From an uncultured Spirochaetota bacterium (lineage in GTDB: Bacteria > Spirochaetota > Spirochaetia > SZUA-6 > Fen-1364), in the NCBI GenBank assembly GCA_963845535.1, contig CAWJSK010000023.1, positions 1-64,000 on the forward strand: 64,000 bases of DNA. Reading direction: 5' to 3'. This document shows, in pieces, positions 1 to 10,815 of this stretch (position 1 is its first letter; each line of letters opens with the position of its first letter). Position numbers and translations under genes: made by a program. The notes under the pieces were generated by a model. That model was given only the letters and a program-made list of their open reading frames with translations, was not told the origin of the DNA and did no database searches.

Positions 1-562
1 GTGGCGCTTCCTTGCCCCCGCGCTCCATGATGTCCTGCCGGGAACAACCGGAACCATCATCCAGGGCCATGGTGTCGGCCTTGCCCTCCGTGGATCACGC
101 CTCTTTTGGGAACGCTGTATTGTCACGCATTGCAAAAAGAGCTATTTTATAGAAGTCTCCGGAACCGGAACCTTCAGCGTGCCGGGAGTCGGCGTGCGCA
201 TAAGCTTTGTCCGGTGCAGTGGGAAAACGAGCCCGGCGGCGAACGACATGGAACTGCGGGCGCTGGATGTCCAGTGGCCGCTTGTCCTGAGGTCAAGGAG
301 AAGAGGAGACGAAATTCTTCTTGAACGCGGTTCAACGCCCCTGAAAGAGCTGTTGGCTGGGTGGAAGCTTTCTGAGGGACAGAGGCAAAGGGTCCCCGTC
401 CTGGCGGACAGGAAAGGGGTAGTGGCGGTCCTGGGGCTCGCGGTCGGGCACCCGGGTCGAAGCCGATCGGGCGCCCGCATCCCGGATGGCGGGGATGTGG
501 AACGCATTATCGTTCGAGCAGACGGGAACATGGAAGAGGGACGTGAGCAACAACAACAATAA
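1..562 (+). CDS. tilS: tRNA(Ile)-lysidine synthetase, C-terminal part (5' end outside the window)
   Basis: Frame 2 is open from base 2 to 562. The segment 'LVLRSRRRGD...LKELLAGWK...RQRVPVL' resembles TilS_C, and the gene lies directly upstream of ftsH (conserved tilS-ftsH order). Confidence 0.8.
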   Translation, partial: WRFLAPALHDVLPGTTGTIIQGHGVGLALRGSRLFWERCIVTHCKKSYFIEVSGTGTFSVPGVGVRISFVRCSGKTSPAANDMELRALDVQWPLVLRSRRRGDEILLERGSTPLKELLAGWKLSEGQRQRVPVLADRKGVVAVLGLAVGHPGRSRSGARIPDGGDVERIIVRADGNMEEGREQQQQ

Positions 563-2459
563 TGGAGACGACAAGGGACCGGATCCCCGCATCCCGCGGT
601 TCAATTTCAACAACCGCATTGCCCTCATCTCTCTCCTGATCCTGGTGTCATTCTTCATCTTCTTTTTTGTCTACAATGACAGGACGCTTTCCCAGGAGCT
701 GTCCTATTCCGCCTTTCAGACGTACCTCGACGAGGGGCAGATCGACTCGGTCAAGATCATAGACCAGTACGAGATCCAGGGCACCTTCAAGTCCAAGACG
801 GGTGAGACCAACTTCTTCAAGACCACCATTCCGTACCCGGACAACGATCTGATGAGGGAGCTGAAGGAAAAGGGAGTGAAAGTCTCCGGGGGCGCCAAGG
901 CGGTCTCACCCATCGCAGTGCTCATCCAGTTCCTTCCTTGGGTGATCGGCTTCTTCTTCATATGGTTCATGTTCCGCCAGGTGCAGGGAAACGGGAACAA
1001 GGCGTTTTCCTTTGGCAAGAGCAGGGCCAAGAGATACCTGGAGGGGGCCAAGAAGATCACTTTCACGGACGTGGCGGGGCAGGATGAGGCCAAGTACGAG
1101 CTGCAGGAGGTCGTCGAGTTTCTGAAAAGCCCGCAGAAGTTCTCCCGCCTGGGGGCCAAGATCCCCAAGGGAGTTCTCCTGGTGGGAATGCCCGGCACGG
1201 GAAAAACACTCCTTGCGAAAGCCATTGCGGGAGAAGCGAATGTCGCTTTCTTCCATATGTCAGGCTCTGATTTCGTGGAAATGTTCGTTGGCGTGGGCGC
1301 CAGCAGGGTCCGAGACCTTTTCGAGCAGGGAAGGCGCCATGCCCCCTGCATCCTTTTCATCGACGAGCTGGACGCGGTGGGACGAACGCGCGGCGCCGGC
1401 TACGGCGGCGGCCATGATGAACGGGAGCAGACGCTGAACCAGATGCTCGTGGAAATGGACGGCTTCGACACCAAGGACGGCGTCATCATCCTTGCCGCAA
1501 CCAACAGGCCGGACGTCCTGGACCCGGCGCTCCTGCGCCCGGGTCGTTTCGACAGGCAGGTGGTCGTCGATATGCCGGACGTCAAGGAACGGGAGCTGAT
1601 CCTGAAGCTGCACGCTCGCAAGCTCCCGCTCGCCGGAGACGTGGAGCTCTCGCGCGTTGCGCGCGCTACGCCGGGATCCTCCGGGGCAGACCTCGCCAAC
1701 CTCGTGAACGAGGCGGCGCTTTTTGCCGGGCGCAAGGGCAAGGACGCCGTTGACATGGACGACTTTGAAGAGGCTCGGGACAAGACGCTCATGGGGGTCG
1801 CCCGCAAGTCGAAGGTGATTCCGCCCAAGGAAAAGCAGATGGTCGCTTTCCACGAGGCGGGCCATGGGCTCCTCCACTATTATCTCAAGAACGCGGATCC
1901 GCTGCACAAGATCACAATCATTCCTCATGGCCGGGCGCTCGGCGTTGCGTTCTCCCTGCCGGAAAATGATACCTACTCCCGCAACAAGGGTTGGCTGGAG
2001 GACAGGATCACCATCGCCATGGGCGGATACGCGGCGGAAAAGATCTTCTATGATGAGACCACCACGGGAGCGGCAAATGACCTTGATCAGGCCACCGAGA
2101 TTGCCCGGAAGATGGTCTGCGAATGGGGCATGAGCGAGCTCCTGGGGCCCATCGCGTACGGGCAGAAGGAAGAGCCTATCTTCCTCGGCAAGGAGATAGC
2201 ACGACACAAAGACTACTCCGAGGAGACCGCCCGTTCCATCGACATTGAGATCAAGAAGATCATAGAGACGTCGCTCTCCGAGGCAATGCGGATCCTGACC
2301 GAGCAGAAAGACAAGCTCAAGCTTCTCGCGGACACCCTCCTCGTCAAAGAGAATCTGAATGATGACGATATCCGCGCCTTGATGGGGTTCCCGCCGCGCA
2401 AGAGGGAAGGGGAAACTGACGGCGCGCCCGCGGCGCAAGCCTCGGTCGGCAAGCAATAA
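543..2459 (+). CDS. ftsH: ATP-dependent zinc metalloprotease FtsH
   Basis: Two TM helices, Walker A GMPGTGKT, Walker [29 protein letters not shown] and HEAGH zinc motif. GTG start at 543 follows a purine-rich RBS. Confidence 0.98.
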   Translation: MSNNNNNGDDKGPDPRIPRFNFNNRIALISLLILVSFFIFFFVYNDRTLSQELSYSAFQTYLDEGQIDSVKIIDQYEIQGTFKSKTGETNFFKTTIPYPDNDLMRELKEKGVKVSGGAKAVSPIAVLIQFLPWVIGFFFIWFMFRQVQGNGNKAFSFGKSRAKRYLEGAKKITFTDVAGQDEAKYELQEVVEFLKSPQKFSRLGAKIPKGVLLVGMPGTGKTLLAKAIAGEANVAFFHMSGSDFVEMFVGVGASRVRDLFEQGRRHAPCILFIDELDAVGRTRGAGYGGGHDEREQTLNQMLVEMDGFDTKDGVIILAATNRPDVLDPALLRPGRFDRQVVVDMPDVKERELILKLHARKLPLAGDVELSRVARATPGSSGADLANLVNEAALFAGRKGKDAVDMDDFEEARDKTLMGVARKSKVIPPKEKQMVAFHEAGHGLLHYYLKNADPLHKITIIPHGRALGVAFSLPENDTYSRNKGWLEDRITIAMGGYAAEKIFYDETTTGAANDLDQATEIARKMVCEWGMSELLGPIAYGQKEEPIFLGKEIARHKDYSEETARSIDIEIKKIIETSLSEAMRILTEQKDKLKLLADTLLVKENLNDDDIRALMGFPPRKREGETDGAPAAQASVGKQ

Positions 2460-2480
2460 GTCGGCAAGCAACAAGTCGGC
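2445..2480. repeat. 15-bp tandem repeat over the ftsH stop codon
   Basis: GTCGGCAAGCAATAA / GTCGGCAAGCAACAA / GTCGGC. Confidence 0.85.
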
Positions 2481-2538
2481 CGGCCGGCAAGAACGGCCAG
2501 CGATAAATCAGTCGGCCAGCGCCGATATTCGGAAGAGA

Positions 2539-4467
2539 GTGAAGAAGAGCGCTTTCGGTCCTCGTGTCATGCTGCTCGCCGTTCTGGGGCTCGGCGGAGC
2601 CGTCGCCGCTTCAGCCCAGGAGGCATCATTTGATCCGGCCCACGCGCAGGCGGACGCCTTCCTTACGCAAGCGCGCGCATCGCTTGCCGCCGGCTCGCAG
2701 GCGCAGGCGTCGGATCTGATCGCCTCAGCCCTCCAGATCGCACCAGACTATTCAGAGGCCTTGTACGCGAACGCCGAGCGCGAGCTTGCCCATCGGGATA
2801 CGACGCTCGCAGCGGTGGCCGATCTGCGGAAAGCTCTCGCCAACGGGTCCTGGGCGGTGACGGATCCCTCGGCTGCCCAGGAGGCCCTGGCGGAGGTGCT
2901 TCTGCGCATCGGCAGGCTTCAGGAGGCGCGAGGGCTTCTTCTTTCCGTCGCGGCTCACGACCCCTCGAGCTCACCCGCCTTTCTGATCCTTGCGAAGCTG
3001 TATGACAGGGAGGGAGACGCGGCTGCACTGCGCCGAGCGCTCTCGGACGACATGCGCGAGTTCCCCCTGGTGGATGATTTCGCGCTTCTTGCCTCGCGGC
3101 AGATGGAGAAGGAAGGCAACGCTCAGGCCGGGCGGCGCCTCATCGGAACTCAGCTTGAGGTGCACCCGGACAGCCTCCCGCTGCTTTTGCGGGCAGCGGA
3201 GCTTGCTCCCGGCGCGGCCGCCCGCGTTGCCGCTGTGACCCGCTACGCGGGGAGAGGGGGAAAAGATCCGCTGGCGGCGGTTATTGCCCTGGAAACCTCG
3301 ACGGGCCGGTCTCAAAAGTACCTCTCGCAATTCGTGGACAACGGCGGCCTCACCCGTGAGGACCTGGTGGAGAGAGTCGCGCGCGCGGTGGGAGCCAGCA
3401 GGAGCCTCGCCTCGGCGCTCCAGGCCGATCTTTCGAGATTCACCGGAGACAGGGATCTTGATCCGCGGGGAGACGGATACCAGGAGCGCTGGACGTTCCA
3501 GGACGGCTCCCTCACGTCATGGATTCGTGATACGCGCGAGGACGGGGTACCGGAGCTCTCGGCGCAGTTCGCCGAAGGACGCCCGGTCTCCTTGACCATC
3601 CGCATCGGCGCGGATAGGCTCCTCACTCTGAGCTACAGCACCTATCCGTACATCGCATCGGCAAAAGAGCCGCAATCGGCAAAAGAGCCGCAGGCCGCCA
3701 ACGCAGGGACGCGCGTATACCTGCTTGTCCCGTATTCAGTGAGATACCCCTTCCTCGCGCCAACGGCTCTTCCGCTTCCAGCCGGGGTTGCGCCGCGGGC
3801 GCTCAGCGCTCCGTCGCCTCTTTCGGTAGACGACGTGGTGCGGCTCTCCTACAGGACCGAGGATGATGCGCCGGATGGGACGATAGTCCGCAGGGTCGAC
3901 CTCCTGAGAGGAAAAAGGGTGTTCCTTGAGGAAAGCACTCTCGGGAATGGCACGTTCGACCACAAGATCTGGTACAAGAACGGCCAACCTTTCCGCGGGG
4001 CCCGTGATCCTGACGGCTCAGGGAAGTTCATCGTCACCGAGGCGTGGCAGGACGGAAAGCTCGCCGGCATTTCCGTCGACACGAACGGGGACGGAAAAGT
4101 GAGCTACCGGGAACGTTACCTGCCAAGTCCCATGAAATCCTGGGACTACGATGAGGACGGGATCGACGACAGCCGTGAGTATCCGGTGGGGCCTGACACC
4201 GTGGCGCGGGATTTCTCCTCGCGGATGAACGGCGTCTTCGATATCAGCTTCGTCTGGAAAAGCGGAAACCTCGTCCGCGTGACGAGAAGCGGCCAGGCGG
4301 TAACCGTGACGCATGACGCGGTCCGGCGAGTTGTCTGGATAGGGTCCGCTGCTCCCGCCGGTACACAGGTGGATGCGAATGGTCCCGAGGGATATCGCGC
4401 CATCGCCGGGAAGCAATACCTTGTCTTTCGCCATGAGGGCGTGACCTACGTGGAGGCGCTGCCGTGA
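2539..4467 (+). CDS. exported TPR-like protein with C-terminal Dx[DN]xDG-type repeats
   Basis: Signal peptide ending ASA-Q, helical TPR-like N-terminal half, repeated DPRGDG/DTREDG/DPDGSG/DTNGDG/DYDEDG. Confidence 0.7.
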   Translation: MKKSAFGPRVMLLAVLGLGGAVAASAQEASFDPAHAQADAFLTQARASLAAGSQAQASDLIASALQIAPDYSEALYANAERELAHRDTTLAAVADLRKALANGSWAVTDPSAAQEALAEVLLRIGRLQEARGLLLSVAAHDPSSSPAFLILAKLYDREGDAAALRRALSDDMREFPLVDDFALLASRQMEKEGNAQAGRRLIGTQLEVHPDSLPLLLRAAELAPGAAARVAAVTRYAGRGGKDPLAAVIALETSTGRSQKYLSQFVDNGGLTREDLVERVARAVGASRSLASALQADLSRFTGDRDLDPRGDGYQERWTFQDGSLTSWIRDTREDGVPELSAQFAEGRPVSLTIRIGADRLLTLSYSTYPYIASAKEPQSAKEPQAANAGTRVYLLVPYSVRYPFLAPTALPLPAGVAPRALSAPSPLSVDDVVRLSYRTEDDAPDGTIVRRVDLLRGKRVFLEESTLGNGTFDHKIWYKNGQPFRGARDPDGSGKFIVTEAWQDGKLAGISVDTNGDGKVSYRERYLPSPMKSWDYDEDGIDDSREYPVGPDTVARDFSSRMNGVFDISFVWKSGNLVRVTRSGQAVTVTHDAVRRVVWIGSAAPAGTQVDANGPEGYRAIAGKQYLVFRHEGVTYVEALP

Positions 4468-6251
4468 AATCCTTTTCCTTGCCGTGGGCGCTGTGCGCGT
4501 TGCTCCTTGTCTCTTCCTGCGCCTCATTGCCGCCGGGTCCTCCCGCGCCCCCCCTCCCTGCGGTCAGGATAAAGGAGATCCAGGGCCTCATTTCCTCGGG
4601 ATCGTTCCTTCAGGCCATCCAGGAAATTTCCTGGCTTCGGCGGGAGAAGGCGGGAGAAGTGCCGGCGTCGAACCTCGATACGCTGGATTCCAAGGCTGTG
4701 GATGCCCTGTCCTCAGCCTTTACGAAGTCCATCCAGGACAAGAAGTTCGGCGATGCGCTGCGCTATTTCTATTCGGCGCAAGCGCTGGGCAAGACGTCCC
4801 TGACGGGAGATTGGACCCGGTCATCGCTGCTGGATCAGCTTGCCGTGGAGGAACACTCCGCCGGCAATGACGTCGTTTCCCTCCTTTCCAGGCTGCGGGC
4901 AATTTCGACCCCCGAGCCGTCGGAAGCCGACCTCAAGGCTGCCCTGGATTCAGCCGTGGCCATGGGCAACAAAGCCATCGAGCGATTCATCGTGGCCAGG
5001 ATGAAGGAGCGCGGGTTCAACCCGCCGGCGGATGCCGTGACCGCCTCCCAGGCAGCGCCTTCCTTCCCCCAGATGCTTACCGGAACGGTGACGATTGTCG
5101 TCGACAGGGGCATCAAGGTCGAGAACGGCGTCGGCTATCCCGATCAGATCATTGGAAGCGGCTTTTTCATCGACCGGCGGGGATACATCCTGACCAACCA
5201 CCACGTGATCAAGAGCGAGGTGGACCCCAAGGACAAGGGTTATTCGCGCCTGTATATCCGGCTCTCCGAGAGCCCCGCGGGAGAACGGATTCCGGCCAAA
5301 GTGATCGGGTACGACCCGACCTTCGATATAGCGCTGATAAAGACGGAGATCAACCCTCCCTTCATCTTCGGGGGCTACGGCGGGGAGCAAGTGTCCCCCG
5401 GTGACAGGGTATTCGCCATCGGGTCCCCGGCGGGGCTCGAGAAAACCATCACCTCCGGCATCGTTTCGGCAATGGGACGGCATCTCCTCCAGATGGGGGA
5501 CATCATGCAGGTCGACGTCCCCCTCAACCCCGGCAACAGCGGCGGACCAATGTTGAACGAGAGAGGAGACCTGATCGGGATCGGGTTCGCCGGACTGGAG
5601 CAGTTCCAGGGGCTGAACTTCGCCGTCCCCTACCATTGGATCGAGAAGATAATCCCCTCCCTCTACAACGGGGGTGAGGTCGTTCACCCGTGGCTCGGGA
5701 TGGCGCTTGCTGAAACGAGCAAGGGACTCGAGGTGGTGTACTGCGTCCCTGATGAACCCGCGGCGAAGGCGGGGATCCTCTCGGGGGACGTCATAGAGTC
5801 CATTGACGGGAAGAGCTTCACGAAAATACAGGACGTGCAGGAGGCCATCGTGGGCCGCTCGCCGCCGAGCCTCGTGAAGGTGGCGTTCCGACGCGGCACG
5901 CGCCAGATGGACGCCATCATGTGTCTCTCCGCCCGGCCGGAAAAGCCAATCGAAGTCGCGCTCCAACGTGACACGCGGGACAATGTGTTGTATCCCCTCT
6001 TTGGGATGAAGCTGCAAAAGGTCGGCTCATTCTTCTGGAGCAACGACTATATTGTCACCCGCATCACCCAGGGATCCGTGGCGGACCAGTCCGGGCTTTC
6101 CGAGAATGATCCCCTTTCCATTCAGGACTGGAAAGTGGACACGGACAAGGGCTTTGCGGCCATCCTGCTCGTCATCAAGAAGCGCAAGGCGGGATTCATC
6201 CAGAGCGCCGTTCAGATAGCCGCTGACCTGGAAACCGACAACTTCATTTGA
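4464..6251 (+). CDS. HtrA/DegP-family (S1C) serine protease lipoprotein with PDZ domain(s)
   Basis: Lipobox-like VSSC, TNHHV, DIAL, GNSGGP catalytic motifs, C-terminal PDZ (WLGM...PAAKAGI..GD). GTGA overlap with the upstream gene. Confidence 0.92.
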   Translation: MKSFSLPWALCALLLVSSCASLPPGPPAPPLPAVRIKEIQGLISSGSFLQAIQEISWLRREKAGEVPASNLDTLDSKAVDALSSAFTKSIQDKKFGDALRYFYSAQALGKTSLTGDWTRSSLLDQLAVEEHSAGNDVVSLLSRLRAISTPEPSEADLKAALDSAVAMGNKAIERFIVARMKERGFNPPADAVTASQAAPSFPQMLTGTVTIVVDRGIKVENGVGYPDQIIGSGFFIDRRGYILTNHHVIKSEVDPKDKGYSRLYIRLSESPAGERIPAKVIGYDPTFDIALIKTEINPPFIFGGYGGEQVSPGDRVFAIGSPAGLEKTITSGIVSAMGRHLLQMGDIMQVDVPLNPGNSGGPMLNERGDLIGIGFAGLEQFQGLNFAVPYHWIEKIIPSLYNGGEVVHPWLGMALAETSKGLEVVYCVPDEPAAKAGILSGDVIESIDGKSFTKIQDVQEAIVGRSPPSLVKVAFRRGTRQMDAIMCLSARPEKPIEVALQRDTRDNVLYPLFGMKLQKVGSFFWSNDYIVTRITQGSVADQSGLSENDPLSIQDWKVDTDKGFAAILLVIKKRKAGFIQSAVQIAADLETDNFI

Positions 6252-7157
6252 GCTCCGCGGCCCCCGGGGCCGCGCGCTTGCGCAGCGTGACCTGGTTTCC
6301 GGCCTCGTTGTACTCCACGTCGTCGAAATAGATCTTGGTAAGGAATATCCCCCTGCCATTGAAGGCAAGGAGGTTCTCCGGAACAACGGCGGGCAGTGTT
6401 CGCCAGTCGAACCCTTTTCCCTCGTCTCGAATGGTGACCTCGAACACGGCGGGGGTGAGACGTGAGGTGACGAAGACCCTCCGCCCGGCGCGCCGCGCCT
6501 CCTCGGTGCGCGCCCTGATCAGCTCAGCAAGCTCACCATCCCGGATTGCGCGGCTCTTTTCCTCGAAGCTGATGCCGAGGTTGCCGTGCTCGATGGCGTT
6601 GGTGATCATTTCTTCGATGCCGATCCTGAGATTCAGAATTTCTTCGGCTAGCACGAGGGAGGGAAGCTGGAGAGTGATCTGGTTGACGACCGGGTAGTAG
6701 CTCAAGACGCCGGGGGGAGGACGAAGGACTTTGTCTCAGAGGTCAGGAAGGGAGAGAAACTGTCGGACCGCTCGGCTTCCCGGCGAAAGCCCACGATCCG
6801 ATGGATCTCGTCCATCAGCTCCCGGCTGTTGAACGGTTTCTTGAAGAAATTGGTGGCTCCCCCGCGCAGCGCCGAGAGCAGGATCTCCTCGTTTCCCTGG
6901 CCCGTCATGAGGATGACGGGCGCCGTGCGGTCGATCTTGCGGATCTCGGTGAGCATGGTGAGCCCGTCCATCCTCGGCATCCTGATGTCGGAAACCACCA
7001 CCTCCGGGGACTGCTCCCGAAACAGCCGGATGGCCTGCTCCCCGTCGGTGGCCGCGAAAGGCCGAAAGCCTTCCTTCTCCAACACGCGGACGAGCAGTGA
7101 CCTCAGGGATTCTTCGTCATCCACGACCAGGACCGCAGGACTGAGTCCGTTGCCCAC
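6244..7157 (-). CDS. response-regulator receiver fused to an RsbW-like HATPase domain (split by a -1 frameshift at the G6 run 6712-6717)
   Basis: REC motifs VVDDE, SDIRMP, T, KP in 6702-7157 and HATPase motifs EMITNAIEHGN, DEGKGF, GRGIFL in 6244-6705. One extra base in the homopolymer joins them (…VLPPGVLSYYP…). Confidence 0.85.
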
Positions 7158-7165
7158 GATGCCCC

Positions 7166-7194
7166 AGCGTATGAGCAGCGATAGAGGTTGTCAA
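7166..7194 (-). promoter_or_regulatory. sigma70-type promoter of the REC-HATPase gene
   Basis: TTGACA-N17-TACGCT, 8 nt before the GTG start. Confidence 0.65.
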
Positions 7195-7200
7195 GCGCGC

Positions 7201-7239
7201 TCCGTTTCTCATTCCGTTTCTCATGCGTTCCGTTTCTCA
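7201..7239. repeat. three copies of (T)TCCGTTTCTCA between divergent promoters
   Basis: Copies at 7201, 7212 and 7228. Confidence 0.85.
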
Positions 7240-7273
7240 CCGCTTTTCCCCGATGGCATTTTTCCGACCTGAA

Positions 7274-7302
7274 TTGAAGAAACCCACCGCTTTGTCTATA
7301 CT
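7274..7302 (+). promoter_or_regulatory. sigma70-type promoter of lepA
   Basis: TTGAAG-N17-TATACT, 9 nt before the GTG start. Confidence 0.6.
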
Positions 7303-7311
7303 ACGCGCATA

Positions 7312-9114
7312 GTGGAAAACCAGAGGATCAGGAATTTCTGCATCATCGCGCACATCGATCATGGAAAATCGACGCTGGCTGACCGGTTCATCCAGCGCGC
7401 CCGCCTGGTCTCCGAACGGGAGTTCCACGACCAGATCCTCGACAACATGGACATCGAGAGAGAGCGCGGGATAACCATCAAGAGCCAGGCAGTGGCCATC
7501 CCGTACAAGGCCCGGGACGGTGGTGACTACATCCTGAACCTGTTGGACACGCCGGGGCACGTGGATTTCTCCTATGAGGTGTCCCGATCCATCTCGGCGT
7601 GCGAAGGGGCGGTGCTTCTCATCGATGCCAGCCAGGGAGTGGAGGCGCAGACCCTGGCCAACATGTACATGGCCCTCGAGCATAACCTGGAGATCATTCC
7701 CGTCATCAACAAGATCGACCTTCCCAGCGCGGACATCGAAGGGGTGAAAAAGCAGATCAAGCACGACCTGGGACTTGATCCCGACGGCGCGCTCCTGGTC
7801 TCGGGCAAGCTCGGCACGGGAGTGGATGAGCTGTGCGAGGCCATAGTACGCCGCGTGCCTGCCCCTGCCGGAAGGCCGGATGCGCCTCTGAAAGCCCTGA
7901 TTTTCGATTCGCACTACGACGTGTACCGCGGCGTGATCGTGCATGTCAGGGTGTATGAAGGCACGCTTCGGCCGGGAATGAACGTCCGCTTCTGGTGGAA
8001 CGGTTCCTCGTACAAGGTTGAGGATACGGGTATCTTCCGCATTGGCTTGGTGCAAGTGCCTTCCCTCGGTCCCGGCGAAGTGGGATACCTCATTGCGGGG
8101 ATAAAGACCGTGGCTGACACTCGCGTCGGAGACACGGTCACGGACAACGACAATCCCTGCGCAGCCCCGCTTGCTGGATTTCGGGAGGTCAAGCCCGTCG
8201 TCTTTTCCTCCATATACCCGGTGGACGCCAACGACTACGAGGAGCTGGTGGAGGCCATGGCGAAGCTCAAGCTCAACGACGCCTCGCTGATCTATGAAAA
8301 GGATTCCTCGGTTGCGCTGGGGTACGGATTTCGCTGCGGGTTCCTCGGGCTCCTTCACCTGGAGATCGTCCAGGAAAGGCTCGAACGTGAGTTCGAGATG
8401 TCCGTGGTCTTCACCGCCCCGTCGGTCCAGTACAGGATCAACCTCCAGGGCGGCAAGGAGATCCTGGTGGACAATCCCGCCAATTTCCCTGATCCCTCGC
8501 AGATCCAGAAAGCGGAAGAACCGTACATCGCGGCATCCATGATCACTCCGTCCCAGTACCTCGGCAACATCATCACGCTTTGCCTCGAGAAGCGCGGGGT
8601 GCAAAAGAGCATGACCTACCTGGATGAGAAACGGGTGGAGCTGGTCTTCGAGATGCCCCTTGCGGAAGTTGTGTTCGATTTCTACGACAGGCTGAAGTCG
8701 ATCAGCAGGGGTTACGCCTCCTTCGACTACCAGATCCTGGGCTTTCGCGACACTCAGCTCGTGAAGCTCGACATCCTCATCAACGGCAAGGTGGTGGACG
8801 CGCTGGCGCAGCTTGTTTTCCGCGGAAACGCATACCAGACAGCCCGCAGAGTATGCGAACGCCTGAGGGACGTCATCCCGCGCCACCAGTTCAAGATTGC
8901 AATCCAGGGCGCCATCGGCGGCCAGATCATTGCGCGTGAGACGGTGAACGCATTCCGAAAAGACGTGACGGCGAAGTGCTACGGCGGGGACATCACCAGA
9001 AAGAGGAAGCTCCTGGAAAAACAGAAGGAAGGAAAGAAGCGCATGAAGATGGTTGGCGACGTAGAGCTGCCGCAGACGGCGTTCTTGGCCGTCCTCAAGA
9101 CCTCGGAGGAGTAG
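7312..9114 (+). CDS. lepA: translation elongation factor 4 (LepA)
   Basis: [33 protein letters not shown]-terminal [25 protein letters not shown]. Confidence 0.99.
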   Translation: MENQRIRNFCIIAHIDHGKSTLADRFIQRARLVSEREFHDQILDNMDIERERGITIKSQAVAIPYKARDGGDYILNLLDTPGHVDFSYEVSRSISACEGAVLLIDASQGVEAQTLANMYMALEHNLEIIPVINKIDLPSADIEGVKKQIKHDLGLDPDGALLVSGKLGTGVDELCEAIVRRVPAPAGRPDAPLKALIFDSHYDVYRGVIVHVRVYEGTLRPGMNVRFWWNGSSYKVEDTGIFRIGLVQVPSLGPGEVGYLIAGIKTVADTRVGDTVTDNDNPCAAPLAGFREVKPVVFSSIYPVDANDYEELVEAMAKLKLNDASLIYEKDSSVALGYGFRCGFLGLLHLEIVQERLEREFEMSVVFTAPSVQYRINLQGGKEILVDNPANFPDPSQIQKAEEPYIAASMITPSQYLGNIITLCLEKRGVQKSMTYLDEKRVELVFEMPLAEVVFDFYDRLKSISRGYASFDYQILGFRDTQLVKLDILINGKVVDALAQLVFRGNAYQTARRVCERLRDVIPRHQFKIAIQGAIGGQIIARETVNAFRKDVTAKCYGGDITRKRKLLEKQKEGKKRMKMVGDVELPQTAFLAVLKTSEE

Positions 9115-9182
9115 CGCCTTCCGACGCGCCTGGTCCTCAGAGGAGTGACGCCTTCCGACGCGCCCGGTCCTCAGAGGAGTGA
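9115..9182. repeat. 34-bp tandem duplication between convergent stop codons
   Basis: CGCCTTCCGACGCGCC(T/C)GGTCCTCAGAGGAGTGA x2. Confidence 0.9.
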
Positions 9183-10790
9183 TTCCAGCCTTCGGAGCCT
9201 CTCTCCATAGTAGCGAGCCGCGGCGCTGACCCTCGCAAGGAGGCTTTTCCCCGGCGGCTCATCATGCGGGGTGTCGGGGAAGTGCACCCACGCGTAATCC
9301 ACGTCATCGAGGAAAGAGAGGCAGTCTTCGGAGGGTGTTTCAGCGCTCAGCGCCTCCCGAAGAAGCGCGTCACCGCGGCGCAGGATATCTTGTTCCGATC
9401 GTATGAACGCCAGAACCTTCTCCGACGAGCATACAGGAGCGGTGCTGCGCGGGAGTGGAACGCTTCTTGACGCGGCGCCGCGAACTCTCTGCTTCAGCTC
9501 ACGCTCGCTGAGGCGAGGGGCCCCCAGCGGGAGTCCTGATACGCCGGCATCAAAGACCCGCGGGCTTGCGGCGGCAATCACGCGGCGCAGGCTCTCACGG
9601 TAGGACATGAGCACGGGGTCGGTCAGAATGGGCTCGCCGTTTTTGTCTTCGGCAATCATCGCGTTTCGCGCGGAGAGCGCGCGAAAGGACAGGTCATCTG
9701 GAGGGCAGAGCCGTGTGGCCCGCGCGAGCGCAGAGAGGTGATACGGCGTCCCCCGCGCGTGAGTCAGAGAGCGGGGATAGCTGAAATCAAGCCCCGTAAG
9801 GAATATCTCCCCCGTCGTCAGGCGCACGGCCGCATTCACCGCTGCAACGCCCACTGATCCGAGCGCGGGGAAAGGGCAGGGGAGAACTCCAGCGCCCGCC
9901 ATCCTTGAAAAGAGCCGCAGCGGAGCGAACTCCGATGAAAAAAAGCGCACGTTGGACCCGAACAGCCGGACCGCGGACGGATGAGAGGAAAGCTCGCACG
10001 CAAGGAGGGCTTCCCCCGTCGACGGGGAGGGCAGAAAGTCCTGAAGGTTTGCCACTTGTGCTTCCAGGGCGACAACAACGTCAGGCTGGAGCGACTCCGC
10101 GGCAAGGCGCGGAAGCGCCGTGTCAACGGCAACGAGAAGCACGTCGTTTCGGACGGCGCGTATCAGCGGAAGCATATCCTCGAGGGAGGGCCCTGCTCCG
10201 GCGACAATCACCGGCATCGAGGTCGAAACGGATGCGAAGTCTCCCGCGCGCGGGAACAGCGCGATGTTCGAAAAGAGGTTCCGCACCTGGAGGCTTCCCA
10301 GCGCAATGAGTGTGAGCCTGTTTCGCCAGTACTCATGGACCTGGACCTCCAGGGCCCGACGCATGCCGGCATAAAGGGCTGGCGCCAGCCTGTAGCCTGC
10401 GCACAGGGTGACCTCCACGACCCTGCGGAATTGCCACTCCCCCATTTCACGAAGGGCCCGGGCAACGATGTCTTCGTTGTCCGCGCGAAGGATGAACAGC
10501 CGTGCGTCTCGCGGCAACCCCTGGGCAATTGCCAGGGCCATGACGGGCTGGTGCGCTTCCACGCAGAGCACCGAGGATCCGGCGGGCAAGCGGGCTAAAA
10601 GCTCGCGAAGTCCGTATCCCAGGCCGACGGACGGGACGAACACCAGCGTTCTGGGGGTGCACGAAAAAACGCGCGCCCTTCGGCGCGCGTATTCAACCGG
10701 GTCGGTACCGGGATAGAGGTTGACTCCCCTCCAGAGTGCGGTGATGCCGTGTTCGCTCCGGACTAAGGAAGGCTCATTTTCATCCCCCAT
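9171..10790 (-). CDS. Maf/DUF115 (motility-associated factor, MptE-like) putative glycosyltransferase
   Basis: VIVAGAGPSL, VAVDTAL, PDVVVALE, GSV..AA, IFLTGLDFSY...THARG motifs. Confidence 0.8.
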   Translation of the reverse strand: MGDENEPSLVRSEHGITALWRGVNLYPGTDPVEYARRRARVFSCTPRTLVFVPSVGLGYGLRELLARLPAGSSVLCVEAHQPVMALAIAQGLPRDARLFILRADNEDIVARALREMGEWQFRRVVEVTLCAGYRLAPALYAGMRRALEVQVHEYWRNRLTLIALGSLQVRNLFSNIALFPRAGDFASVSTSMPVIVAGAGPSLEDMLPLIRAVRNDVLLVAVDTALPRLAAESLQPDVVVALEAQVANLQDFLPSPSTGEALLACELSSHPSAVRLFGSNVRFFSSEFAPLRLFSRMAGAGVLPCPFPALGSVGVAAVNAAVRLTTGEIFLTGLDFSYPRSLTHARGTPYHLSALARATRLCPPDDLSFRALSARNAMIAEDKNGEPILTDPVLMSYRESLRRVIAAASPRVFDAGVSGLPLGAPRLSERELKQRVRGAASRSVPLPRSTAPVCSSEKVLAFIRSEQDILRRGDALLREALSAETPSEDCLSFLDDVDYAWVHFPDTPHDEPPGKSLLARVSAAARYYGERLRRLESLL

Positions 10791-10815
10791 CAGCCGGCCC
10801 GCCTGCTGGCGCCGC

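Noticed and set aside
6712..6717. Phase variation or programmed frameshifting at G/C runs
   Set aside because: The runs are short (2-6 nt) and the same defect hits housekeeping aroB and PHP genes, so sequencing error is more parsimonious.
9115..9182. 34-bp repeat as a mini-CRISPR
   Set aside because: The two copies are directly adjacent with no spacer, and there are no cas genes. It is a tandem duplication.
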